DNA of 64,000 nucleotides, taken from assembly GCA_913057155.1 (NCBI GenBank), contig CAJXNV010000001.1, positions 1,354 to 65,353 on the forward strand, written 5' to 3'. Made by a program: the position numbers and the translations under genes. Positions 37,006-46,909 of this stretch are shown in pieces (within the stretch, counting starts at the first letter, position 1; the number at the start of each line of letters is the position of its first letter). Below the pieces are notes generated by a model, which was given only the letters and a program-made list of their open reading frames with translations, searched no databases and was not told where the DNA came from. Origin of the DNA: an uncultured Actinomycetes bacterium. Lineage in GTDB: Bacteria > Actinomycetota > Actinomycetes > S36-B12.

Positions 37006-37147
37006 CGCAGCCCCCTCGGGTGATGAAGATCCCACGCGGTCGGTGTCCGCACCGGGATCGGGGAATAGTAGGACCGGCCGCGCGGCAACCGGTCACCGGC
37101 ACGCCGACACCCGCGGCACTATCCTGCCCGCTTGAATGGGAGGCGAT

Positions 37148-40100
37148 ATGTATAACGCCGTGCCCGCGCAGGTCGACCTGCCGGCCATGGAGCGGGAGAT
37201 CTTGGGGCTGTGGGACCGCGAAGCGGTCTTCGAGAAGACGCTCCAAGGATCGGCCGATCGCCCCCTGTGGACCTTCTACGAGGGTCCCCCTACGGCGAAC
37301 GGCACCCCGGGTGCCCACCACGTCGAGGCCCGGGTCTTCAAGGACATCTTCCCGCGCTATCGCACGATGAAGGGCTACTTCGTGCCCCGCCAGGCCGGCT
37401 GGGACTGCCACGGCTTGCCGGTCGAGCTCGCCGTCGAGCGTGAACTCGGGTTCACCGGGAAGCAGGACATCGAGGACTACGGGATCGCGGAGTTCAACGC
37501 GCGTTGCCGGGAATCCGTCCTGCGCCACGTCGATGAATTCACCCAGATGAGCACGCGGATGGGCTTTTGGGTCGACACCGACTCGGCCTACTGGACGATG
37601 AACCCCGAGTACGTGCAAAGCGTGTGGTGGTCGTTGAAGACGATCTTCGATGCCGGACTACTCGTCCAAGATCATCGAGTCGCCCCGTATTGCCCGCGGT
37701 GCGGTACCGGGTTGAGCGATCACGAACTCGCCCAGGGCTACGAGACCGTGGTGGACCCGTCGGTCTACGTGCGTTTCCCGGTGACCGGGCAGGCGGCAGG
37801 TGCAGGTGAAGGTGCGGATGCAGGCGCGCTCGCCGACTACCCCGACGCCGCCTTGCTGGTGTGGACGACCACCCCCTGGACGCTGGTCTCCAACACCGCG
37901 GTAGCCGTCCTGCCCGATGCGACCTACGCCGTGGTCCAACGCTCGAACGGGGAACGACTCGTACTGGCCACCGAGCGCATCGAGGGGGTATTCGGCGATG
38001 AGGAGGTCGAGATCCTCACCACGATGCCCGGCCGCGACCTAGAGCACGTCGCCTACCGACGACCCTTCGATCTGGTGGACATCCCCGATGCCCACTTCGT
38101 GATCCTCGCGGACTACGTCACCACCGACGACGGCACCGGTCTGGTGCACCAAGCCCCCGCCTTCGGCGCCGACGACCTCGCAAGCTGCCGCGAGTACGGA
38201 CTCCCGGTGGTGAATCCGATCGCAGCCGACGGCCACTTCATCGACTCGGTCCCCATGGTCGGTGGCGCTTTCTTCAAGAAGGCCGACGAGACGCTCACCT
38301 CCGACCTCGCCGACCGCGAGTTGCTGTTTCGTCGCGATCCCTACGAGCACTCCTATCCGCACTGTTGGCGATGCCACACGCCGTTGCTGTACTACGCGCA
38401 ACCGTCCTGGTACATCAAGACCACTGCCAAGAAGGACGAACTGCTCGCCGAGAACGAGAAGACGAACTGGTACCCCGAGACCATCAAGTGGGGTCGCTAC
38501 GGCGACTGGTTGACCAACAACGTCGATTGGGCGCTGTCCCGCAATCGCTACTGGGGAACCCCGCTACCGATCTGGCGCTGCCCCGCCGACCACTTGACCG
38601 CGGTCGGCTCCCTGGCCGAACTATCCGAACTCTCCGGTCAGGACGTCACCGAGGTGGACCCCCACCGTCCGTTCGTCGACGACATCACCTTGCCCTGTCC
38701 GCAGTGCTCCGAACTCGCTTACCGAGTGCCCGAGGTCATCGACTGCTGGTACGACTCCGGCGCCATGCCCTTCGCGGCGCTGGGCTACCCGCACCAGGGA
38801 ACCGAGCGCTTCGAGCAGCAGTACCCGGCCGACTTCATCTGCGAAGCCATCGATCAAACACGCGGTTGGTTCTACTCGCTGATGGCGGTCGGCACCCTGG
38901 TCTTCGGACGGTCCTCCTACAAGAACGTCGTATGCCTCGGGCACATCCTCGATGAGGACGGCCGCAAGATGAGCAAGCATCTAGGCAACGTGCTCGAGCC
39001 CATCCCGCTGATGGACGATCACGGCGCCGATGCCGTGCGCTGGTTCATGCTGGCTTCCGGTTCACCGTGGCAGGCACGACGGGTCGGTCACACGGCGATC
39101 GCGGATGTCGTGCGTCGCACCCTGCTCACCTACTGGAACACGGTGTCCTTCCAGGCGCTGTACGCACGCACCGCCGGCTGGCAGCCCGGTGATCCGGCGC
39201 CGGAACCGGCGCAGCGGCCGGCCATCGACCGTTGGGTGCTGTCGACCGCCGGGCGGTTGGCGCGCGAGGTGGACGATGCACTGGAGAACTTCGATACCCA
39301 GCGCGGCGGCCGCATCCTGGCCGGCTTCATCGATGACCTGTCCAATTGGTACGTACGCCGCACGCGGCGACGCTTCTGGGACGGCGATCCCGCGGCGCTG
39401 GCTACCTTGCACGAGGCGCTGCGCATCGTCACGTTGTGCCTAGCGCCCTACACGCCCTTCATCAGCGAACGGGTGTGGCAGGACCTGTTCCGCTCCACCG
39501 ACCCCGCGGCACCGGTCTCGGTGCACCTGGCCAGTTGGCCCACGACCGATGACTCCCTGATCGATGAGGAACTCGAACGCAATATGGCCAAAGTGCGTTC
39601 GGTCGTCGAACTCGGACGCGCTGCACGCGCTTCGAGCAGTATCCGAACCCGTCAGCCGCTCTCCCGGGCTCTTGTCTCGGCACCGGGTTGGTCGCAGTTG
39701 CCAGCGGAACTCATCGCCGAGGTCAGTGAGGAACTGAACGTACGCTCGGTGCAGCCACTGGACTCCGATGCGGGCTTGGTCGACATCTCGATCAAGGCGA
39801 ACTTCCGCGCGCTGGGCGCACGTTTCGGCAAGCAGACACCGATCGTCGCCGCGGCGATCACCGAAGCCGACCCGATCGCGTTGTCCCACCAGTTGCGCTC
39901 CGAAGGCCGAGCCGAGGTGCCCATCGATTCGGGAACCGTGGAGATCGGTCCCGACGACGTCCTGATCACCGAATCACCACGCGAGGGCTGGGCCGTTGCC
40001 AGCGATGCCGAGGAGTCCGTGGCGATCGACCTGGCTATCGACGACGACCTCCGCCGCGCGGGACTGGCTCGCGAAGTGGTCCGGGTGATCCAGGAGGCTC

Positions 40101-40309
40101 GCAAGGCATCGGGCTTCGACATCACCGACCGCATCACCATCACCTGGCAGGCCCAGGACGCCGATATGCAAGCCGTCATCGAGGAGCACGGCGCGGACAT
40201 CGCCACCGAGGTGCTGGCGACCGAGGTGAACGAGCGCACACCCGAAACCGAGACGATCGGCACCGAGTTGCCACTGCAGGTGGCGATCGAGCGGGTGGTG
40301 GCCGGCTAG
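37148..40309 (+). CDS. ileS: isoleucyl-tRNA synthetase
   Basis: HIGH-type motif PPTANGTPGAHHV and KMSKS motif KMSKHLGN. I start it at ATG 37148 (MYNAVPAQ), which is preceded by GGGAGG at 37138-37143. The track start at 37136 lies inside that SD. Confidence 0.93.
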   Translation: MYNAVPAQVDLPAMEREILGLWDREAVFEKTLQGSADRPLWTFYEGPPTANGTPGAHHVEARVFKDIFPRYRTMKGYFVPRQAGWDCHGLPVELAVERELGFTGKQDIEDYGIAEFNARCRESVLRHVDEFTQMSTRMGFWVDTDSAYWTMNPEYVQSVWWSLKTIFDAGLLVQDHRVAPYCPRCGTGLSDHELAQGYETVVDPSVYVRFPVTGQAAGAGEGADAGALADYPDAALLVWTTTPWTLVSNTAVAVLPDATYAVVQRSNGERLVLATERIEGVFGDEEVEILTTMPGRDLEHVAYRRPFDLVDIPDAHFVILADYVTTDDGTGLVHQAPAFGADDLASCREYGLPVVNPIAADGHFIDSVPMVGGAFFKKADETLTSDLADRELLFRRDPYEHSYPHCWRCHTPLLYYAQPSWYIKTTAKKDELLAENEKTNWYPETIKWGRYGDWLTNNVDWALSRNRYWGTPLPIWRCPADHLTAVGSLAELSELSGQDVTEVDPHRPFVDDITLPCPQCSELAYRVPEVIDCWYDSGAMPFAALGYPHQGTERFEQQYPADFICEAIDQTRGWFYSLMAVGTLVFGRSSYKNVVCLGHILDEDGRKMSKHLGNVLEPIPLMDDHGADAVRWFMLASGSPWQARRVGHTAIADVVRRTLLTYWNTVSFQALYARTAGWQPGDPAPEPAQRPAIDRWVLSTAGRLAREVDDALENFDTQRGGRILAGFIDDLSNWYVRRTRRRFWDGDPAALATLHEALRIVTLCLAPYTPFISERVWQDLFRSTDPAAPVSVHLASWPTTDDSLIDEELERNMAKVRSVVELGRAARASSSIRTRQPLSRALVSAPGWSQLPAELIAEVSEELNVRSVQPLDSDAGLVDISIKANFRALGARFGKQTPIVAAAITEADPIALSHQLRSEGRAEVPIDSGTVEIGPDDVLITESPREGWAVASDAEESVAIDLAIDDDLRRAGLAREVVRVIQEARKASGFDITDRITITWQAQDADMQAVIEEHGADIATEVLATEVNERTPETETIGTELPLQVAIERVVAG

Positions 40310-40314
40310 CGCAT

Positions 40315-40779
40315 TTAGTCCGGCGAGTTCGGCGAGTCCGGTGCGTCCGGCGCCGCGGGAACCTGCACCGAATCCACGAGTTCGAGTTGGCGCTGCAGCA
40401 TTTGGCGGACGTCGTCGCGGATGCGCCGAAGATCATCGAGCGTTTCGGTGCCCTCCGGCCCTGTCGGTTCGAGCACCACCACGGGATTCTCCGCGGTGGA
40501 ATCCAGGTCGACCGTCTGCGAGCGGGCCTCGTTCAGCTGGCCTAGCTCGGCTAGCTCGGCCAATTCGGCCTGCGTAGCCTCGAGCCGGCCCTGGATCTGT
40601 TGCACCTGCGAGCGAAGCGCTTCGGCTTCGTCTTGCACTCGTCGATAGTTATCGGCGTACTCGGCTATCGACTTCTCCACGCGATCGAGGAATTCATCTA
40701 CCTCGCTGATGTCGTAACCGGCCCGAATACGTGTGGTGCCGAAGCGCACCTCGCGTACGTCGTTCGCGCTCAGGTCCAC
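40315..40779 (-). CDS. divIVA: DivIVA-domain cell-division/polar-growth protein
   Basis: The N-terminus LSANDVREVRFGTTRIRAGYDISEVDEFLDRV is the DivIVA lipid-binding domain, followed by a coiled coil. It is the last gene of the dcw-distal block. It is short at 154 aa. Confidence 0.8.
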   Translation of the reverse strand: MDLSANDVREVRFGTTRIRAGYDISEVDEFLDRVEKSIAEYADNYRRVQDEAEALRSQVQQIQGRLEATQAELAELAELGQLNEARSQTVDLDSTAENPVVVLEPTGPEGTETLDDLRRIRDDVRQMLQRQLELVDSVQVPAAPDAPDSPNSPD

Positions 40780-40789
40780 GGAGACGACC

Positions 40790-41074
40790 CTAGAGCAGCA
40801 CGACGAAATTGATCAGCAACTGCACGCCGAGGATGAGAACGAGGAAAGCCAAGTCCAGCGAGACGCTACCGAGGCGCAACGGCGGGATCACCTTGCGAAG
40901 CGCCCGAAGCGGCGGATCGGTGAGCGAGTAGACGAACTCCGCGATCAGCAGGATCGGCCCGCGTGGCTCCCAGGATCGGGCGAAGATCCGTACGAAATCG
41001 AAGACGAGCCTCCCGATCAGGATGAGCCAATACAGCCACAGCACGGTGGCGAGGATCTGGCCGATGCTGCTCAA
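40790..41074 (-). CDS. yggT: YggT-family membrane protein
   Basis: 94-aa two-TM ORF in the conserved sepF-yggT-divIVA position. Confidence 0.8.
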   Translation of the reverse strand: MSSIGQILATVLWLYWLILIGRLVFDFVRIFARSWEPRGPILLIAEFVYSLTDPPLRALRKVIPPLRLGSVSLDLAFLVLILGVQLLINFVVLL

Positions 41075-41116
41075 CGGCGAACACTCCCCTGGTGGGTAGA
41101 CCGGTAGGACGACGTA

Positions 41117-41695
41117 TCAACTTTGGTTGAAGAATCCATCTTCCGCTATCTGAGCGCGTGCCTGGTCACCGAGGTCCACGTTCGCCGGTGAGAGCAAGAA
41201 CACCTTGCCGGTGATCCGCTCGATGGTGCCGTGCAGGCCGAACACCAGGCCCGCCGCGAAATCGATGATCCGCTTGGCGTCGAGATCGTCCATATCGCCG
41301 AGGTTCATGATCACCGGGATGCCCGAGCGGAACTCCTCGCCGATGCGTCGGGCGTCGTTGTAAGAGCGCGGATGGATCGTCTCGATGCGGCTCAGGTCAC
41401 CGACGGGCACGCCCCGGCCCGGCATCGGAGCGGCGGTCGGCAGCCGCTCGGGGCCACTATCCGGGCGCACGGTGCGTACCGCCCGCGGCTCGTTGATCGG
41501 TCGAACGCTGCGAACCTCGTAGACGTCCTCTTCCTCCTCGACGTCGTACCGATCACGAAAGCCCCGCCGTGACCGCTCTTCCTTGCGCTCGCGCCGAGAT
41601 GGTCGCTCGGGTTCCTCGAAGTCCTCGTAGGTGTCGTAGGAATCGTCCTCGACCAGACCGAGGTACACCGCCATCTTGCGCATCGCACCGGCCAT
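41117..41695 (-). CDS. sepF: cell division protein SepF
   Basis: N-terminal amphipathic [18 protein letters not shown] and a C-terminal FtsZ-binding domain ([11 protein letters not shown]...RIIDFAAG). Confidence 0.9.
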   Translation of the reverse strand: MAGAMRKMAVYLGLVEDDSYDTYEDFEEPERPSRRERKEERSRRGFRDRYDVEEEEDVYEVRSVRPINEPRAVRTVRPDSGPERLPTAAPMPGRGVPVGDLSRIETIHPRSYNDARRIGEEFRSGIPVIMNLGDMDDLDAKRIIDFAAGLVFGLHGTIERITGKVFLLSPANVDLGDQARAQIAEDGFFNQS

Positions 41696-41771
41696 GGCGT
41701 ACCTCCTTCGTTCGTTCGGCCCATCGCTAGGGCGTTTTCGCGCAGCCGAAGCGGGCTACAGCGCTTAGACG

Positions 41772-42500
41772 CTACTGCACCCGGGGGCGTTGCCCGAGTA
41801 CCGCGCCTCCTATGCGCACCTGTGTCGCACCCGCCTCGATCGCCGCCTCGAGATCCCCGCTCATCCCCGCCGACAGCACCGTGGCCTCGGGGTGATCGGC
41901 GCGCAGAGCCGCCGCGACCTCGGCTAGGGCCGCGAACGCCCGCCTCGGATCGATCCCGGAGTCCGGGTGCGGGGCCACCGCCATCAATCCACCAAGACGC
42001 ACCGCCGGTCCTGCCTGCGCGATGGCATCCGCGATCGCCGGTACGTCCGTGGGCCGAGCGCCACCTCGATCGATCGCCTCGGGGGCATCCAAGCTCACCT
42101 GGATGAGCAGTTCGATCGGCGAATGCGCATCGCGCACCTGTTGGGCACCGCGGGCTAGGCGCGGCACCAACGAGGCCCTGTCCACCGATTCCACGACGTC
42201 GGCCCACTGCGTGACCGATGCCGCCTTGTTGCTTTGTAGCCGTCCGACCATGTGCCAGCGCAATCCACGATCACTCACCTGCGCGTGTTTGGCCTTGGCT
42301 TCTTGATCCCGGTTCTCCCCTACGTCGCTGACGCCTTCCTCGGCCAGGATGTCCACATCCGAGGCCGGGAACGTCTTGGTGATCACGACCAGCAATACGT
42401 CCTGTGTTCGCCCCGCCTGTTCCTTGGCGCTTTCGATCCGCGCGCGAACCTGCGCCAGGTTCGCGCGGATCTCCTGGCGTCGTCGTTCGTCGGGACTCAT
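41772..42500 (-). CDS. yggS: YggS/YlmE-family pyridoxal-phosphate homeostasis protein
   Basis: ATG 42498-42500 (MSPDERRRQEIRANL) overlaps the pgeF stop as ATGA. The PLP lysine lies in VVITKTFP. The 371-aa track ORF is over-extended. Confidence 0.88.
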   Translation of the reverse strand: MSPDERRRQEIRANLAQVRARIESAKEQAGRTQDVLLVVITKTFPASDVDILAEEGVSDVGENRDQEAKAKHAQVSDRGLRWHMVGRLQSNKAASVTQWADVVESVDRASLVPRLARGAQQVRDAHSPIELLIQVSLDAPEAIDRGGARPTDVPAIADAIAQAGPAVRLGGLMAVAPHPDSGIDPRRAFAALAEVAAALRADHPEATVLSAGMSGDLEAAIEAGATQVRIGGAVLGQRPRVQ

Positions 42501-43315
42501 AGCCGCGCCATCACGAGTGCGTGACGTCCGGTGCGCGCCGATGGCCCGTCTTGCTGCACCGCTCGCCGCAAGCTGTACCAACGCCGATCCTGGGCGGTGC
42601 AGCCGAAACGCTTCACGACCTCGACCCCGTTCTCGACGAGCGCCGCGTGCACCCCGGCACCGATATCGATGCCCCAGGACGATTGAGTTTCCGAACTCCG
42701 GCGCAGCACCGCGCTTCGAGCGACGACGCTCGAGCACGCATCGGTGATCTGCTCGCATCGTTCGACGGGCACCGGGTAGCAGGCACCGCAGATGGCGGGT
42801 CCTTGCACAGCCGTCATCCGCACCGCTCCTCGCTGGCGAAGTACTCCGATCGTCGCGCCCACGATGTCGGCGACGAGCCCCTTCCATCCGCAGTGCACGA
42901 CCGCAATCTCATACTCCCCGTTCGCCCGCTGCGCGCTGACTCCCACGACCGCGCAGTCGGCCCCGAGTGCCGCGAGCCCGAGGGTCGGGACGTCGGTCAC
43001 CAACGCATCCGCAGCGCCCACCTGCGCGGCGGTGGCCACCGGGAGCACCCGGGCGCCGTGTTCGGCTTGGACGAAGGCGACATCGGTGATGCCCGAGAAG
43101 GCCTCGATCACCGATCCCCTGTTCGCCGCGACCGACGATGGATCGTCGCCGACGTGCTCAGCGAGGTTCGACTCGGCGAACGCGCCGGTACTGGCGCCGC
43201 CGAACCGCGTGGTAACGCACCACTGCGCCCCCGCTAGCTCGCCGCGATCCACCCGTAGGTCGGGGAAGTGCCTACCCATGGTCGACGGCTTCGCACCCCC
43301 TGTCGGTGGTGCCAT
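42497..43315 (-). CDS. pgeF: peptidoglycan editing factor / laccase-domain protein (YfiH/PgeF)
   Basis: Motifs ADALVT, LGADCAVV, VHCGWKG and ICGACY. The start may instead be ATG 43279. Confidence 0.85.
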   Translation of the reverse strand: MAPPTGGAKPSTMGRHFPDLRVDRGELAGAQWCVTTRFGGASTGAFAESNLAEHVGDDPSSVAANRGSVIEAFSGITDVAFVQAEHGARVLPVATAAQVGAADALVTDVPTLGLAALGADCAVVGVSAQRANGEYEIAVVHCGWKGLVADIVGATIGVLRQRGAVRMTAVQGPAICGACYPVPVERCEQITDACSSVVARSAVLRRSSETQSSWGIDIGAGVHAALVENGVEVVKRFGCTAQDRRWYSLRRAVQQDGPSARTGRHALVMARL

Positions 43316-43329
43316 GCCGAACTAGCGCC

Positions 43330-44412
43330 CTACTTCAAGAAGTCCGGCACATCGAGGTCGTCGCCGGCATCGTCGAAGACGACGGTGCGTGGCTGCTGGA
43401 CCGTCGGGATATCGCCGGTGGCGTCCGTGGCCGAGGCGACCGGGGCGACCTTGCGCACCGGCGGCTCCCCGCCTTCGAAGCCCGCGGCGATCACCGTGAC
43501 CCGCACCTCGTCGCCGAGGGTGTCGTCGATGACCGCACCGAAGATGATGTTGGCTTCCGGGTGCGCTGCATCGCTGACCAGCCGCGCCGCCTCGTTGATC
43601 TCGAACAGGCCGAGATCGCTGCCACCGGAAACCGACAACAGGACGCCGTGCGCTCCGTCGATGCCGGCCTCGAGTAGTGGACTGGAGATCGCCTTCTCGG
43701 CTGCCTGCATGGCTCGATCCTCACCACGCGCCGAACCGATCCCCATCAGGGCCGAACCCGCTGCGTGCATCACGGACTTGACGTCGGCGAAGTCCAAGTT
43801 GATCAAGCCGGGGGTGGTGATGAGGTCGGTGATCCCGGAGACGCCCTGCAAGAGCACATGATCGGCCTGACGGAAGGCGTCGATCACGCTGATCTCGCGA
43901 TCGGCGAGCGAGAGCAGGCGATCGTTGGGGATGACGATGAGGGTGTCGACCTCGGCGCGCAGATCCTCCACGCCCTGGTCGGCTTGCACCTGACGGCGTC
44001 GTCCCTCGAAGCCGAACGGCCGTGTCACGACACCGATCGTCAACGCACCGAGCGACTTGGCGACCTTCGCCACCACGGGCGCGCCACCGGTCCCGGTCCC
44101 GCCACCTTCGCCGGCGGTGACGAACACCATGTCCGCGCCCTGCAGGACTTCCTCGATCTCCTCGATGTGGTCCTCGGCGGCCTTGCGACCCACCTCGGGG
44201 TTGGCGCCGGCACCGAGTCCGCGGGTGAGTTCGCGACCGATGTCCAACTTCACATCGGCATCGCTCATCAGCAGCGCCTGCGCGTCGGTGTTGATCGCGA
44301 TGAACTCCACACCTTTGAGCCCGACCTCGATCATCCGGTTCACGGCGTTGACGCCGCCGCCGCCGATACCGACGACCTTGATAACTGCCAGGTAGTTCTG
44401 GGGAGCCGCCAC
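43330..44412 (-). CDS. ftsZ: cell division GTPase FtsZ
   Basis: It has [17 protein letters not shown] and the tubulin signature [16 protein letters not shown] start with an AAGGA SD. Confidence 0.97.
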   Translation of the reverse strand: MAAPQNYLAVIKVVGIGGGGVNAVNRMIEVGLKGVEFIAINTDAQALLMSDADVKLDIGRELTRGLGAGANPEVGRKAAEDHIEEIEEVLQGADMVFVTAGEGGGTGTGGAPVVAKVAKSLGALTIGVVTRPFGFEGRRRQVQADQGVEDLRAEVDTLIVIPNDRLLSLADREISVIDAFRQADHVLLQGVSGITDLITTPGLINLDFADVKSVMHAAGSALMGIGSARGEDRAMQAAEKAISSPLLEAGIDGAHGVLLSVSGGSDLGLFEINEAARLVSDAAHPEANIIFGAVIDDTLGDEVRVTVIAAGFEGGEPPVRKVAPVASATDATGDIPTVQQPRTVVFDDAGDDLDVPDFLK

Positions 44413-44601
44413 AGCTCGTCCTTTCGATCACGCCGGCGCGAGGGGGCGCACCGACTGGTGCGGCCGAGCGGGAAAGTCTCAACCTCTACTTCAGGTCAAA
44501 ACTTCGGCCCTGCCCGAGCCGGCGGGAGGGTAGGGGGTGGGGCGGGTGTTACGCAAGCACAAACCCGCGTCGAATCCCACGCCACTCGAAAATCGGTGCG
44601 C

Positions 44602-45471
44602 TCAGTCCTTCGGACCGCGCTCATCGAAAGTGGTGGGCAACCGCGGCGCACTGACGTCGTAGCCCTTGGCGCGACGCGGCAGCAGCGCGGTCAATACCTC
44701 GGCCTTGAACTCCGGCTCGTCGGCATTCCCCCACCGCACGATGGCGTCGTTGCCCAAGCGCAGTCGGATGTCATCGGGGCTGACCGCCTGCACATCGCGC
44801 ACGCGACGTTCGATGTCCGCGGGTATCGACGCGACCACCGCGACGGCCTCGGGGATCGCGCGGGCTTCCCCGCGGATAACCGGATCGGTCAACCACAACC
44901 CGCCCGGTGGGTCGAATACGACTCCGGATTCGTCGACTCCCTGCCGCACGGGTTCACCATCGGGGTCGAAGGGATCCGGTGACTCCACGACCGCTACCGG
45001 AGTTCGCTCGGTGACCGCGAGCACCACCGAGTCCGGCCAGGCTCTGCGCACTTCCACTTCCTCGACCCAGGGCAACGCCGATACGCGCTCTTGCGCACCG
45101 GTGGTGTCGAGTCTGGCGATCGGCTCACCGACCGGGATCGCTGCCGCGGTGATCACCTGCGCGCTACCCGCGAGGGAGGACTCCTCGGATAGACCTACGA
45201 CGTCGACATCGCGGACCGCGAACAACGACGAGAACAGCACGGCCCATACGCCGGCGACGATCGCAACCACGCCCGCCGCGATAGCGAGCAAGCGCAACCT
45301 GCGACGGCGCTGTTCGCGTGCGAGGTGTCGATCCGCTACCGGACGGCGCCGGGCGAAGACCGCGGGCCGCGATAGTCGAGGCAGTCGCGTTAGTCGCGGC
45401 AACCGGGGCAGCCGCATCGCGCGGCGCCCACTTCGACGACGGGCACTTCGTTCGGGGGCGGAGGCGCTCAT
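44602..45471 (-). CDS. ftsQ: cell division protein FtsQ
   Basis: It has a single TM helix followed by a POTRA-like region (VRDVDVVG...VRRAWPDSVVLAVTERTPVAV). The start overlaps the murC stop as ATGA. Confidence 0.85.
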   Translation of the reverse strand: MSASAPERSARRRSGRRAMRLPRLPRLTRLPRLSRPAVFARRRPVADRHLAREQRRRRLRLLAIAAGVVAIVAGVWAVLFSSLFAVRDVDVVGLSEESSLAGSAQVITAAAIPVGEPIARLDTTGAQERVSALPWVEEVEVRRAWPDSVVLAVTERTPVAVVESPDPFDPDGEPVRQGVDESGVVFDPPGGLWLTDPVIRGEARAIPEAVAVVASIPADIERRVRDVQAVSPDDIRLRLGNDAIVRWGNADEPEFKAEVLTALLPRRAKGYDVSAPRLPTTFDERGPKD

Positions 45472-46862
45472 CGCCGATCCCCCAGGATCTCCAGCACCTC
45501 GCCGCCCAGCATCCCGATGTCCCCGGCACCGAGTGTCATCACCAGGTCACCGGGCTCGGCGCGGGCGGCGAGTACTCCCGCCACGGCCGTCCAGGACGGC
45601 TCGAAGACCACGTTCTCCGGCGGGAGCGGGACGTTCGCCGCAAGCGTCTGGCCGCTGGCACCGGGGATGGGCTGCTCACCGGGTGCGAACACTTCCAAGA
45701 CCACGGCTACGTCGGCCAAGCCGAGTGCGGCACCGAATTCGCGGACGAACATCGCGGTCCGGTAGTAGTGGTGGGCTTGGAAGGCGACGATGATCCGACC
45801 CTCACCCACTACTTCGCGGGCCGCGCGCAAGGTGGCGGTGATCTCGGTCGGATGGTGGGCGTAGTCGTCGAACACCCGCACCCCGGCCACTTCCCCCTTG
45901 AAGTCGAAGCGGCGACGCGTTCCGGAGAATCCCTCGAGGCCGGTGCGGACATCGCCAGCGGAGTAGCCGAGTCCGGTAGCGGCGGTGAAGGCGGCGAGTG
46001 CGTTGAGTGCGTTGTGTCGACCGGGCACCTGCAACTGAACGCGGCCTTGGCGCACTCCCTCATCCACGATGTCGAAGCCCCAGCCCAACTCCCCGCGGTG
46101 CACATCGACCATGCGAACGGTGGCGTCCTCGTGTTCGCCGTAGGTTCGCACCGGTGTGCCCTCCGCCCGCAGCCGCTCGACTAGCGAACGGGCACCCGGG
46201 TCATCGGCGCAGGCGACCACGAAGCCACCGGCGGCACCGGCGGCCCGACCGAAAGTGGTGAACGCCTCCTCCAGTGCATCGAAATCACCCCAATGGTCGA
46301 GGTGATCGGGCTCGACGTTCGTGACGATCGCGACCCGCGCCGGCAACGCGAGGAAGGACCCATCGCTTTCGTCGGCTTCGACGACGAACACATCCCCGCT
46401 GCCGACATGTGCATTGGACCCCGACTCGTTCAGTTCGCTACCGATGACGAAGGACGGATCGGCGCCGCAGCCTTGCAAGGCGACGGTGAGCATCGAGGTT
46501 GTGGTCGTCTTGCCGTGCGTACCGGAGACGGCGATACCGGTGTGCCCGCGCATGATCTCGGCGAGCGCTTGGGCCCGCGACAACTCGGGTATCCCATGCT
46601 CACGGGCGTAGGTGCGTTCGCTGTTCGAGGCCGGTATGGCCGTGGAGACGATCAGCGTGTCCGCGTCTACTCGATCGAGGTGACCGACGTGGGCGTCGAT
46701 ACCGAGCATCCGCAACGCCTGCATCCGGCGCGAATCCTTGGCATCGGATCCGGACACCGGGACGCCCTGCGCGGCGAGCACGCGGGCGATTCCCGACATG
46801 CCCGCGCCACCGATACCGACGATGTGCACGCGACCGAGGGAATCGGCCAACTGCTCGGGCAT
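45468..46862 (-). CDS. murC: UDP-N-acetylmuramate--L-alanine ligase
   Basis: Starts at MPEQLADSLGRVHIVGIGGAGMSGIA (ATG 46860-46862, SD GAGGG). GTHGKTTTTSM P-loop. Confidence 0.93.
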   Translation of the reverse strand: MPEQLADSLGRVHIVGIGGAGMSGIARVLAAQGVPVSGSDAKDSRRMQALRMLGIDAHVGHLDRVDADTLIVSTAIPASNSERTYAREHGIPELSRAQALAEIMRGHTGIAVSGTHGKTTTTSMLTVALQGCGADPSFVIGSELNESGSNAHVGSGDVFVVEADESDGSFLALPARVAIVTNVEPDHLDHWGDFDALEEAFTTFGRAAGAAGGFVVACADDPGARSLVERLRAEGTPVRTYGEHEDATVRMVDVHRGELGWGFDIVDEGVRQGRVQLQVPGRHNALNALAAFTAATGLGYSAGDVRTGLEGFSGTRRRFDFKGEVAGVRVFDDYAHHPTEITATLRAAREVVGEGRIIVAFQAHHYYRTAMFVREFGAALGLADVAVVLEVFAPGEQPIPGASGQTLAANVPLPPENVVFEPSWTAVAGVLAARAEPGDLVMTLGAGDIGMLGGEVLEILGDRR

Positions 46863-46909
46863 GTTCCCTCTCTCGTGTGCTCTCGTGTTCGGTCGTGTTC
46901 GGTCGTGCA

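Noticed and set aside
36794-37618. 274-aa minus-strand ORF spanning the dksA-like/ileS divergent region and the ileS 5' end.
   Set aside because: It overlaps two well-supported genes and the intergenic leader. Its sequence is Gly/Glu/Gln-rich because it reads the Lys/Ala repeat DNA out of frame.
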